From contig OZ024747.1 of the NCBI GenBank assembly GCA_964016885.1, positions 56,234,001 through 56,298,000 of the forward strand: DNA of 64,000 bases, written 5' to 3'. The notes under the pieces are model-generated. The model saw only the letters and a program-made list of their open reading frames with translations, was not told the origin of the DNA and did no database searches. Within the stretch, counting starts at the first letter, position 1. The number at the start of each line of letters is the position of its first letter. This DNA comes from Eledone cirrhosa (lineage: Eukaryota). A program made the position numbers and the translations under genes. Below are positions 12,725 through 25,679 of the stretch, piece by piece.

Positions 12725-13060
12725 ACAGAATCAATAGGATGTTCCAGAATGTTCAGAAAAGAATGTACCAAGTCCTTGAAAGAAAGTGTGACACTAGGTG
12801 CAGAAGAAAGCAAAAAGTTTTTGTCAAACATTTGGAATAATGAGTATTAGAAGAAAGCTGAATGGGTGAAGGAAATGAGAGAAAATGTAACAAATATGAA
12901 GGAAAGGATACTGAAATTACAGGAATAGCATGCATGCCAGCAAATATAATTCACAATTAAAAAGCTCCTGGACCTGAAGGAGTCCAGGGTGTTTTGTTGA
13001 AGAAGTTGACATCTTTACCTGAGCAAATTGCGGCTCAAATGGATGCCTTGTTAAACAGTT
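12725..13060 (+). pseudogene. R4/Dong-like non-LTR retrotransposon fragment upstream of RT
   Basis: Decayed peptides NRMFQNVQKRMYQ, AEESKKFLSNIW, KAEWVKE and KAPGPEGVQGVLLKKLTSL. Confidence 0.6.
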
Positions 13061-13734
13061 AAATAACTATGGCGGGGTTTCATCCGGTACTTTGTTACGA
13101 GGCTCAAGAGCTAAGAAGGCTCCACAGCAACAATACAACATACATTTTGAAAAAAATATTTGCCTCCTTCCTGCCCCAAAATGGTCTTGTACCACCTTGC
13201 AAAATTTTTCTTGGAGGCCTTGCCTGTTTAAATTACAATGTGTAGGACTGTGCTCTGTCAGAAAGACTCCAATATAACTGGTTTTATAGAAATATTGATG
13301 GCCAGCTGGAAAACATAGTTAATTTCCTGTGGGAACAGTTAAGCTCATTTAACATATGAAGGGGTATATTTCAGATCAGAGAGACAGTTTACCACCACCC
13401 TTATTTGAAGTGACACTCAGCGGCTGCATGTGGATTTGGCAGCCTGACCCTACCAAAAGTATAACAATATTTGTTTCAACACACGTTTTCACATAAAAAA
13501 TCTTGTAAAACAAATACAATAACGAAGTATACACACACATATAAATATATATACGATATATCATAATATAGAACTGTAAAAAACATTCATTTGTATGTAC
13601 TAAATTACATATACACACATATATATATGGTGGAAGGGAGATGTTGCAGGGCTGAAACACTAAACTTACAACTCGACAATGCTGATAACAATCATGTTGA
13701 TAATGCTGATGATGAACATGGAGATGATAATAAT

Positions 13735-14105
13735 AATAATTGTTTCTACTTTTGGCACAAGGCCAGCAATTACCCAGTGCATTACTGGTACTCTATTTTA
13801 TCGATCCCCGTAAGGATGAAAGGCAAAGTTAAACTCGGCGGGATTTGAATTCAGAACATAAAGGTCCATAACTCTATGCTGCAAAGCATGGCATCCGACA
13901 ATCTACTGATACTGCCAATCAATAATTGTTTCTACTTTTGGCACAAGGCCAGCAATTACCCAGTGCATCACTGGTACTCTATTTTATCGACCCCGTAAGG
14001 ATGAAAGGCAAAGTTAACCTCAGCGGGATTTGAACTCAGATCGTAAAGGGACATAACTCTTTGTGTCAAAGCATGGCGTCCGACCCTCTACTGACACTGC
14101 CAATC
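13735..14105 (-). mobile_element. Two tandem SINE family 1 copies
   Basis: Reverse complements of 3933-4120. Further minus copies at about 11695-11810 and 12478-12687. Confidence 0.85.
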
Positions 14106-14246
14106 CATACCACTTGTACCTAAGGTTATTCTCATATCAATATTTTTATATGTACATACCTTCTTTAAATGTACTGCCATATCACACACACATATATATA
14201 TAGGGAGGGAGAAAGAGAGAGAGATTGAGAGAGGGGAGGGGGCAGG

Positions 14247-14283
<37 letters not shown>

Positions 14284-14359
14284 TCACTAAATGAAATAGA
14301 AAAATATCACACTACACCATACATTAACTGAATCAAAATTCTACAAACTGAGAAACACA

Positions 14360-14505
14360 CATATATATATATGTATATGCTTATGCACACAAACACACAC
14401 ACACATATATATATATATATGTGTGTGTGTATGTGTGTATATATATATATGTATGTATATATATATATGTATGTATATATGTATATATATATGTGTATGT
14501 ATATG

Positions 14506-14538
<33 letters not shown>

Positions 14539-14545
14539 GTGTATG

Positions 14546-14592
<47 letters not shown>

Positions 14593-15116
14593 GTATATAT
14601 ATGTATATATATGTATATATATGTATGTATATATATTTGCATATATATATATGTGTATATATATATGTATATGTATATATATATGTATATGTATATATAT
14701 ATGTATATATATGTATATATATATATATGTATATATATGTATGTATATGTATGTATATATATATGTATATATATGTATATGCATATATATATATGTATAT
14801 ATATGCATATACGTATATATATATATATATATATATGTGTGTATATGTATGTATATGCATATATATATATGTGTATGTATATATATATATGCATATATGT
14901 ATATATATATATATATGTGTGTATATATATATATATAAATATGTATATATATATATACATATATGCATGTATATATGTATATATATATGTGTATATATAT
15001 ATATGTATATGTGTATATATGTATATAGATGCATATATATATATATATATATATATGTATAAATATAATACATATACATATATAATACATATACATGTAT
15101 ATATGCGCACACAAAC

Positions 15117-15145
<29 letters not shown>
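14360..15145. repeat. Long (TA)n/(TATG)n microsatellite
   Basis: Direct reading. Similar tracts at 18375-18882, 24420-25050, 37995-38530, 43005-43830 and 44465-44865. Confidence 0.95.
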
Positions 15146-15147
<2 letters not shown>

Positions 15148-15387
15148 ATCAGTGTGAACATGATAGTTATCCTGTACCTGTTTCGTCTCCATGGATAGTA
15201 GTGTGGGACAAAATGGAGGTAGAGGAGTGGGAAGAGGGGGGGGGAGGGGGACATCATATGATGGTGTATGTGTGGACATATTGTGCAGTGACCATGTCAT
15301 ATGAGTATGATAAATTAGCCTAGCACCACTCATCTGTCTGTATGTCTCTGTGTCTTTTCAAATGACTCACTCCTGTCTATCCATGTA

Positions 15388-15423
<36 letters not shown>

Positions 15424-15479
15424 CATACACTGAGTACTTTAAGCCCTGACGTACACTACAATCATCATTAATACTGACA

Positions 15480-16475
15480 CAATTGTTAGAACATCATTTA
15501 AATGGCATTGTGGTATTTCCCTGGGCTTTTTGCATTTTGATTTCAAATCTCGCTGACGTCAACTTTTCCTTTCACCCTTTTAGGGATGATAAAATAAGTA
15601 CCAGACATATACTGAGGTTGATTTAGTAAACTATGCCCTTCCACCCCAGTTTTGGTGGCCTTGTACCTCAATTAGAAATCACTGTTATTACAATTGTCAC
15701 AATCATTAGATCATCCAATAAAATGCTTTGTGGTATATTTTCAGGCTCTTTACATTTTGATATCAAATCCTGCCGTTGTCAACTTTATTTTTCACCCTTT
15801 CAGAGTCGATAATATAAAGTACCATGGAATGTTGATTTTTAATTAACTTCCATTCCTAACAAAATTCGTGATCATGTGTCTAAATAAAAAAAAAATCATT
15901 AATGTTATTACTATTATTGTTGTAAGGGTGGTGGAGCATCAGAAAGCATGCTTAGTGCCATTGAATTATGGCCCTTTATGTTCTGAGTTCAAATCCCGCT
16001 GAGGTTTGTTTTGCCTTTCATCCTTACAGAGTCGATAAAATAAAGTACCACGAACACACTGAAGTTGATTTAATCAAATTTCCCCTCCCCCCAAAAACAT
16101 TGTTGGCCTAGTGCTTAAATCTGAAATCATTATTATCAGCGGTGAATTGGCAGTATCGGTAGAGGGTCGGACATGCTTTCCAGCATAGTTACGTCCCCTT
16201 ATGATCTGAGTTCAAATCCTGCCGAGGTTAACTTTGCCTTTCATCTTTACGGGGTCGATAAAATAAAGTACCAGTAACATACTGATTAATTGCTGGCCTT
16301 GTGCCAAATGTAGAAACAATTATTGTTATCAGGGTTGGATGCCATGCTTTGAAGCATAGAGTTACGACCCTTTATGATCTGAGTTCAAATCCCACCGAGG
16401 TTAACTTTGCCTTTCATCCTTACGGAGGTCGATAAAATAAAGTACCAGTAATGCACTGGGGGTAATTGCTGGCCT
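15480..16475 (+). mobile_element. Cluster of about five same-orientation SINE family 1 copies
   Basis: Repeated TTCAAATC..AACTTT..TTTCA(T/C)CCTT..GATAAAATAA units of differing divergence. Confidence 0.8.
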
Positions 16476-16513
16476 TTAGATTGATGTTAAATGATGATGA
16501 TCATCACACACAC

Positions 16514-16549
<36 letters not shown>

Positions 16550-16984
16550 TTGTGTCTAGGTGTATGCGTACATACATACTTGTATATAGCTACATAGTTA
16601 TTGATTAAAACCTCGGGTACATCTCTCTATTGTATTATATAGCAATGATATCAGTGATAAATATCAGTAAAGTTGTGATTATTCTACAATGTCACATAAA
16701 TATTTCATAACCATTGTGTTAAAAACTTATGTTCTGTTTTGTAATACATAGTTTAACACAGCCCTCTCTCTCTCTACATATATACTGATAGCAACAAATA
16801 AATAGCTACACATACAAACATATATATATATGTGTATACATATGTACGTATATACCAGTGTGTATGTAAATATGTACTAATATATTTACACTACACACTT
16901 AGGCATGTTTTAAATGCATGTATGAAGTGTAGTTGTACATATATATATATGTATGTTGTATGTGTATGTGTGTGTGTGTGTGTT

Positions 16985-17026
<42 letters not shown>

Positions 17027-18371
17027 AAGGAATTTGTAGTTTACTTGAAGCATTGTATATGGTATAAAGAAATTCGAAGTTTGAAAGCCACAACAACGTG
17101 AGTTTGGACGTAGAATAATTAAATCATAAGAAACAGAGCTTGTTTTTGTTTTTTTACCTTAATTTATTTATATGTCCTGATAGTTCAAGATTAACATCCC
17201 TTCTTCCAAGGAAAATAAAGAAACTATTCCAGTGTCCGTTGTGGCTAGATGGGTGAATGGATGGATGGATTCGTTTTGGATGGGTGGATGGATGGATAAA
17301 GGGACAGACAACTATGTAGATAGTTGGTTAGAAAAAATATATATAGATAGATAGGTAGGCAGACAAGTATGTAGATAGTTGGTTAGAAAAATATATATAG
17401 ATAGATAGGTAGATACATAGATAGACAGCCAAGTAGATAGATAGTTAGATGGATAGATAGATAGTTAGGCAGACAAGTATGTAGATAGTTGGTTAGTAGA
17501 GAGATAGATAGAGAAATAGATTGAGGTTGGCATAGGTAGGTATGTAGATAGGTAAATATGGATATGAAGATAGATATGTAGAGAGAGGGTAGAGGAGGAA
17601 GTGAAGAGAAATGTATAGAGAGCTAAAGAACTGAGGAGTAGTAAGAGATAGTGATGTAAGAAAGTAAGTAACACATCCCTATAGGTAGATATTTATATTT
17701 CATCACACACACATTCATATAATTGAATATAGACACACTTGGTTGGACGCACAAATATAGATAAACACACATACACACACACATACACACTCACATACAC
17801 ACTCATATACATACACACATAAACACACATACACACATAAACACATGCATACAGACACACACACATACACACAAAACACACACAAATGCACACACATGCA
17901 CAGGCATGCACACATACACAGACTCATACACACACTCAAATATAAACACCCACAAACACACACAAACACATACATACACAAATATATATATATATATATA
18001 CATACACACATACATACACACATACAGTACATATATAGACTGTAGAAATGCACCCAGGATAACAGAGTCACATACACACTCTCAACCACAAACACGCACA
18101 TATACACATATACACAGATCAATATAGACTGTAGAAAAACACCCAGGATAACAGACACACACACATACACATACACAAACACAAACACACACATACACAA
18201 ACACACATATACACCAACATACTTACACATCAATATAGGCTATAATAATACACAAAGGATAACAAAGACAATAGAATAGTAAAATTTGTAAAATTCCTAT
18301 CATGTTACTTTCCATTTCTTTATCTACCTACCTATCAATGTATGAATCCCTCACTCTCTGTTTCTAACTCT

Positions 18372-18421
<50 letters not shown>

Positions 18422-18456
18422 ATATATATGTGAATATGTATATGTGAATATGTATG

Positions 18457-18487
<31 letters not shown>

Positions 18488-18498
18488 GTATATATATG

Positions 18499-18560
<62 letters not shown>

Positions 18561-18605
18561 TATATGTATATACATATATACATATGTATATATATATATA
18601 TATAC

Positions 18606-18644
<39 letters not shown>

Positions 18645-18759
18645 CATATATATATGTGTATATATATGTATATATATATGTACATATATATATATATTTA
18701 CATATGTATATATATGTATATATACATGTATATATATATGTATATATATATAATATATT

Positions 18760-18852
<93 letters not shown>

Positions 18853-19407
18853 GTATATATGTATATGCATATATATATATATAATGTATGCATATTCAGA
18901 CATGCATACAACACAACACACATAAAAACATTTATTTGTTAGCTGTAATGTCAAAACTATAATATCACAATGTATGTGTCCACATTGATCTCCCTTGCCT
19001 CTTGTATGTCCCACAGCCCTTGTCCATACAATTAAGTCCCTTGCTAGGATTCTTGTCAAAATATACTCTCCCTGGTCCTACTTTTTCAATCTTCCTTAAG
19101 GTTTTTCTTAATATATTTTTCTGTAAATAGATCACATCAACTCAGCAGCAGAAATACACAAATGGAGATGAAGATAATATACACACAGATACACACTTAT
19201 ACATAGAGATAAGTGTGTGTGTGTGTGTGTATGTGTGTGTGTGTGCGTGTGTGTGTGCGTGTGCGTGCGTGTGTGTCTCTGTGTGCATTTATGCAATCAT
19301 ATATTTGAATGTATGCTTACATATATATAAATATATATTATAAAGTGTCGGGACCCGACGTCTGACTCTCACCGTTTCAACAGCTAGTTCCAGACTGATT
19401 TATGTAT

Positions 19408-19460
<53 letters not shown>

Positions 19461-19463
<3 letters not shown>

Positions 19464-19914
19464 ATAAAGTATATATCCCTACACGCAAAAAGCGTCCAGG
19501 GACACATGTATTGTCCAACCATATGCCAATGTGGTTCAATGGCAGGTTAATAAATTAACGAACCAGAACATATATAATCAAGGTTTAGCAAATAAGAAAA
19601 AGTTTCAAAATAAATTTCAAAAAATTCACTGTACTCACTATGGTTACCTTTACCAAATCGGAATTGCTTCCATATCATTCATTCTCATCTCGGGAACAAT
19701 TTCGGATAGCGCCAGTTCGTAATTTGAACTCGGGAATTTTATATTCTCTGAGTGAAAAGAACCTTCTGACGAGAGTTTATCTTTTCAATGGAAGGCTGCA
19801 AGGACTGTCCATTTATTTTTGAGACTCAAAACCAATTCGGTAAAGATAACCATAGTGAGTACAGTGAATTTTTTGAAATTTATTTTGAAACTTTTTCTTA
19901 TTTGCTAAACCTTG

Positions 19915-19922
<8 letters not shown>
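19461..19922. mobile_element. HHR element family E, head-to-head inverted pair
   Basis: Arm 19571-19654 is the inverse of 19839-19922. Tail 19461-19570; (TA)n flanks. Confidence 0.7.
19763..19845 (+). ncRNA. Hammerhead motif with long helix II, G12 mutated
   Basis: CTT-CTGACGA-GAGTTT...AGACTC-AAAA-CCAATTCGG-TA-AAG. Confidence 0.6.
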
Positions 19923-19951
<29 letters not shown>

Positions 19952-20076
19952 ATGTCTATATGTATATTCATGTATGCATGTATATTTATGTATGTATGTT
20001 TATATATATCCAGAGAATATCCAACTGATAAGGTATGATTTTCCTGGGTATGTCTCTATTTATAAAATAAACTTTG

Positions 20077-20139
20077 TATTTTATCTGAAGAAAGCGTAAC
20101 AAAGTGTTTTGGTAACCTTGAAATATATATAATAAAATA
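20077..20139 (+). ncRNA. Type I hammerhead ribozyme motif, family D
   Basis: TATTTTAT-CTGAAGA-AAGCG..CCTT-GAAA-TATATA-TA-ATAAAATA; flanks homologous to the 9.8 kb copy. Confidence 0.7.
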
Positions 20140-20178
20140 AATATGGTTTTATAAATATAGTTTCCATTTATTTATTAT

Positions 20179-20251
<73 letters not shown>

Positions 20252-21604
20252 TTTATTTTTTATCTCATATATATAACTACTTGTTTCATTTACTGAATGC
20301 TGGGGCACTTCCTTCAATACCACACTTGAATATATGAACCCATGTATTTCACATAGTTTTAAAGTCCATGAAAAACAGGTTCTTTGCTTTGTATGGATGA
20401 AACCTGCACCATTATCACAGGCAATTATGGTTGTATGTATGTATATTTTATATAGAAATGATATACATGTCTAGAACTGATTCATTCATTAGAAATCACC
20501 ACAAAATTTCTGATAATTTCAAATAAGTGAAACAGTTCCAGTCCTATTAATAAATTTGTACTGTATCATCTAATGTATTCTGTGCCATATTCAACTGTCG
20601 TCTTTTTCCATTCCTTTTTGGAAACTATTTTTAAATATATCCTTATGTGTGTGTGTGTTGAGTTCTTGCTTGAACCTTAAGTTCACCAAGCTGTACATTA
20701 TCCCAGCTTCAAATGACATTAAGTGACTGAAACTAGATCAGTCTGTCAGAAGTGTATACTCCCCATGCATCAGCTGTTGTTGATTCCTTGTTGCTTTCAG
20801 TGTTAAGAATGTTTCAGTCGAATAAACTGGAGCTACATAAATGAATTGCTTTGCTTAATGTTATAGCTTGTCACCTGGTCTGAAGTTCAAATTCATGACT
20901 ATAAGATGGAGATACCAACAAAGTCTGCAATGACAGAGTGAATATTGACAAAGAATGTGTTTATTGTTACTCACAGCAATGGTTGTTTCTTCACTGTCAA
21001 ACATCCAAAGGTTTCAACAATGATTGGTGTATCAGTTGTTTGAACAAACTGGAGACTGCTCATAAAATGAATGTGTAAGTGGTTGGCCATTCTGCTGACA
21101 TGTATGGCTTTAATTTAATTCTTAGAATGAGGTCAGTGGCATCACTTGTAATATTAACCTGACCTGTGATAAACCACCCTACACTTCCTAACAAGAAAAA
21201 TGAACTTTTTGAGTATGATACACTGTGTAACATGGCTAACCCTTTGAATGAAATTCACAATCCATCCAAAGGACTGTAAAACTTTTCTGGTGAATGTGAT
21301 TTTACTCCAAAGGATAATGTCTATTCCTTAGGCTACAGTAAATGACACTTGCTGAAAATGTCCCATATTAGGATAAAACCTGGTACTTTATGATTACATT
21401 ACTTTATATATACTATGGTATTTTCATGCTAAACACTTTATCTTACATAATATCAAATCTATGAGATTTTATAGTATACATTTTGAGAACAATACCTTAA
21501 CATAAGTATGAACAGCCAGTTATAACTGGTTTAAATGCTAATGGGTTAAACATTCAACCATTGTGTCTTCATATCGGAAAAAGTAATAAACTTATATAGT
21601 CGAT

Positions 21605-21785
21605 ATTGGCAGTATCGGTAGAGGGTTGGACGCCATGCTTTCTAGCACAGTTACGTCCCTTTACGGTCTGAGTTCAAATCCCGCTGAGGTTAACTTTGCC
21701 TTTCATCCTTACGGGGTCGATAAAATAAAGTACCAGTAATGTACTGGGTAATTGCTGGCCTTGTGCCTAAAGTAGAAACAATTAA
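21605..21785 (+). mobile_element. SINE family 1
   Basis: Near-identical to 3933-4120. Confidence 0.85.
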
Positions 21786-22898
21786 TGAGCTAACATTGCT
21801 ATTAAATGGATTCCACCTGGTGACAAGAGACCTACAGGCAGTCTAATGATTACTTGATAAGCAACTTTGAAAGAAGACCTGCAAAAAAGAAAGACTGACT
21901 AGCATCAGACTCCAAACTTGCTCACAACTGGTGACAGTGGAAGTAGATTATGTCCCTTTGCTGTACATCAGCTCTAGGAACAATGTATCAAAGTAAATTA
22001 ACTTCAGTCAATTCTCCCACTGGTCATCACACGGTAACAGACATCTACTACTCTCATGAAGGATGTTGTGTTTTCAATACCATGTCTTTGTTTATTGCTA
22101 TGCAATTACATCATGGGACAATCATTTTAGCCAATCAAACACACAAAATCTGTTAACGTCCCTTTATATTTATCATACATTTCTTGGTGTCAAAATTTCA
22201 GAAAAAAATCTGCTTACTTTCAAAAGTTATGCAAAAAGATTATGAGGGGAACTTTAGGAGTCCTGCCTACCCCACGCATATTAGGGTTAATATTTTCTTT
22301 ACTATATTTACAATGAAATAAATTGTATTTAAATTGATTAATGAAGAATTTGGAGTGATTTAGTAATATAATTATTAGTATTTGTAGTAATATAATTTAA
22401 AAAATTGAATTTTTTTGTCAAATTATGTTCATCTATTTTTAAACACTGTACAGTCGATATTAAGAAAAAAAATCTATGAATGTGTTGGTGTGTGTACATA
22501 TATATATATGTGTGTGTGTGTGTGTGAGTTACTATATATATATATAGGGCAAATTAGAGAACATAGAAATAAAAATAAAATATACACACAGAAAAGATGC
22601 AATGTTTAGACAAATCACAAAGGCAATAAACATAAATGAACTCCAACCAAAATTAAATAGAAAACAGGAATGGAATAGCAACATCACAACTTACAATTAA
22701 GGACAAAAGGAAAACACACACACACATAGAACAAACAACCAACCAGTAACATGTAAATAAACAAATAAAAAAACAAATAAAAACACACACAGACACCCGG
22801 ATGTAACACATGCGCAAACTAAGCACACAACACACACAAAAACAAGATGGCGTAGGACAGAACAAAGGAGAAGCACAAAACAAAGAAAAGAATCCCCA

Positions 22899-22941
22899 GT
22901 CACTGAAGAGGTCACAGAATGTGTGACGAAAGAACTTTGAC
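22899..22941 (+). ncRNA. Type I hammerhead ribozyme motif, family F
   Basis: GTCA-CTGAAGA-G-GTCACA-GAATG-TGTGAC-GAAA-GAAC-TT-TGAC. Confidence 0.75.
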
Positions 22942-23072
22942 AATATATGAACAACCGTCTGGTTGTGGCGCCAACCAGCCAACCGGAAATTTATAAATTT
23001 TTTTTTTTTCATTTATAATTTAATTTATAAATTGGACTGTTTCTTATTGGCAACATTACCCTCCCAAAGTAT

Positions 23073-23139
<67 letters not shown>

Positions 23140-23409
23140 TATATAGACATATATACATATATAAAAATGTACGTCCATACATACATACAGGATACATATA
23201 CACATAATACATAGACATATGATACATACATACACACACAGACACATATATGACTCCTATTTCTACAACCACGTATAGATATGCTCACATATACCATTTA
23301 AAATACCAGTTATCCTTTTGGGCCACATGAGAGATTTCATATTATTTCCAGTTCTATATGTAGCAATGTTTCACTCCTAGATGCCCATATTGACACCAAC
23401 TATACATAT

Positions 23410-23719
23410 ATCATCATTTCATCATCATTTCATTTTACGTCCGCTTTTCCCTGCTTGCAAGGGTGGGACGAGAATTGATGCTGGCTTGATTTCTACAGCT
23501 GGATGCCCTTACAGTGAGTGCTGGGTGCTTTTTTTTCCGTGGCACCTCCACGACCACTTTGCAGTGGAATGATATGGACCTCAGTCCCTATCATCTCATT
23601 TCTACAGCTGAGTAAACTGGAGCAATGTGAAATAAAGTGTCTTGCTCAAGGAAACAACACATCACCCGGTCTGAGAATTGAACTCACAACCCTTTCGATT
23701 GCAAAGCCAATGCTCTAAC

Positions 23720-23720
<1 letters not shown>
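23410..23720 (-). mobile_element. SINE family 2
   Basis: Reverse complement of 12080-12425. Confidence 0.85.
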
Positions 23721-23784
<64 letters not shown>

Positions 23785-23826
23785 ACGAAACATAAGCCAA
23801 TTGCATGAACTCATAATCCTTTATTT

Positions 23827-23882
23827 ACTGCTATATATATTTCGATGGTAGCCATTGAATGGCTATGACCTCATCAGGCAGT
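23827..23882 (-). ncRNA. Type I hammerhead ribozyme motif, family G
   Basis: ACTGC-CTGATGA-GGTCATAGCCA-TTCAA-TGGCTACCATC-GAAA-TATATA-TA-GCAGT then AATAAA; lies in element 23782-23945. Confidence 0.8.
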
Positions 23883-23945
23883 TAGTCACTTCTTAGATAT
23901 GCCAGCTCTGTGTTTATAGTGTTGATGGTAACAGAGCCTTGGGAC

Positions 23946-23991
<46 letters not shown>

Positions 23992-23992
23992 A

Positions 23993-24051
<59 letters not shown>

Positions 24052-24159
24052 ATGTATGTATTTTTGTATGTATAAATGTGTTATGTATTTATGTATGTAT
24101 GTCTATGTATATGCATTTATGTATGCTTGTATGTATGCATGTATATATGTATATCATCA

Positions 24160-24210
<51 letters not shown>

Positions 24211-24452
24211 AGGAACACTATTCACATTATAAAATGTTCAGAGTAGTAACTATGTTAATTTCTATTTCTCAACTCTTGAAATCTAAATATATTCCCTATT
24301 ATAGCAGTACTCATTACTATCTACTGCTCCCTTTGTAGTAATAATACAAAGTTACTGCTTTACTGCTGCATCATAAATATGAATTTACATTTGGATACCG
24401 CACACAAAAATACAAACACACACATATATATGCAAATATATATGCATGTATG

Positions 24453-24485
<33 letters not shown>

Positions 24486-24522
24486 GTGTGTATATATAGA
24501 TATGTATATATATGTATGTATA

Positions 24523-24623
<101 letters not shown>

Positions 24624-24650
24624 GTGTGTATATTTGTGTATATAAATATA

Positions 24651-24694
<44 letters not shown>

Positions 24695-24863
24695 TATATT
24701 TATATGTGTATATATATATACATATATATACATATATATATATATCTATATATATATATGTGTGTTTATATATGTATATATATATATATATGTTTATATA
24801 TATATATATGTTTATATGTATATTATATATGTATATATATATATATATATATGTATGTATATG

Positions 24864-24938
<75 letters not shown>

Positions 24939-25288
24939 GTACATATATATATATATATACATATAAACATATATATAAATATAAACATATATATAAATAT
25001 ATATATATATATGTGTACATATATATATATGTACATGTATATATATGTGTGTGTGTTTCACTGTGTATATGTGTATGTGTTGGTATAATTATGTGCAAAT
25101 TTGTTGTTGTTGTATGTAAAAAGTTTGCTATGTGAACATGAATTATTTATGTTATCCCACAATCAATATCAATTTAACCATATAAACCATTATCTGTTCA
25201 ATGTATTTCATTTCATGATAGTACTTAATCTATATCGTACCCACTCTCACACACACACATACATCCATATATACATACATATATATAT

Positions 25289-25323
<35 letters not shown>

Positions 25324-25525
25324 CATATCATATATGTATTGTCTCACATACACACACTGACATACTTGTACATGCTTACACATATGTATGTGTGCTTAGA
25401 TATATATTCATGCGTCTGTGTGCATCTGTGTGTATGCATGCATCCACATAGTTATACATACATACGTACATACATATATGTAAGCATATATATATATATA
25501 CACAAACATACAAACATACATATAT

Positions 25526-25575
<50 letters not shown>

Positions 25576-25679
25576 GTACACATACACATTATAACAATTC
25601 ATATTTACATGTTTCAAACAGATGCAGTTATGTTGCAGTATGAATTCTGAAATGTGGTGTATTTTAATCATCATCATGA

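Noticed and set aside
14307-15333. Long Tyr/Ile/His/Thr ORFs here and in other TA tracts
   Set aside because: Translations of (TA)n/(CA)n microsatellites, open in many frames.
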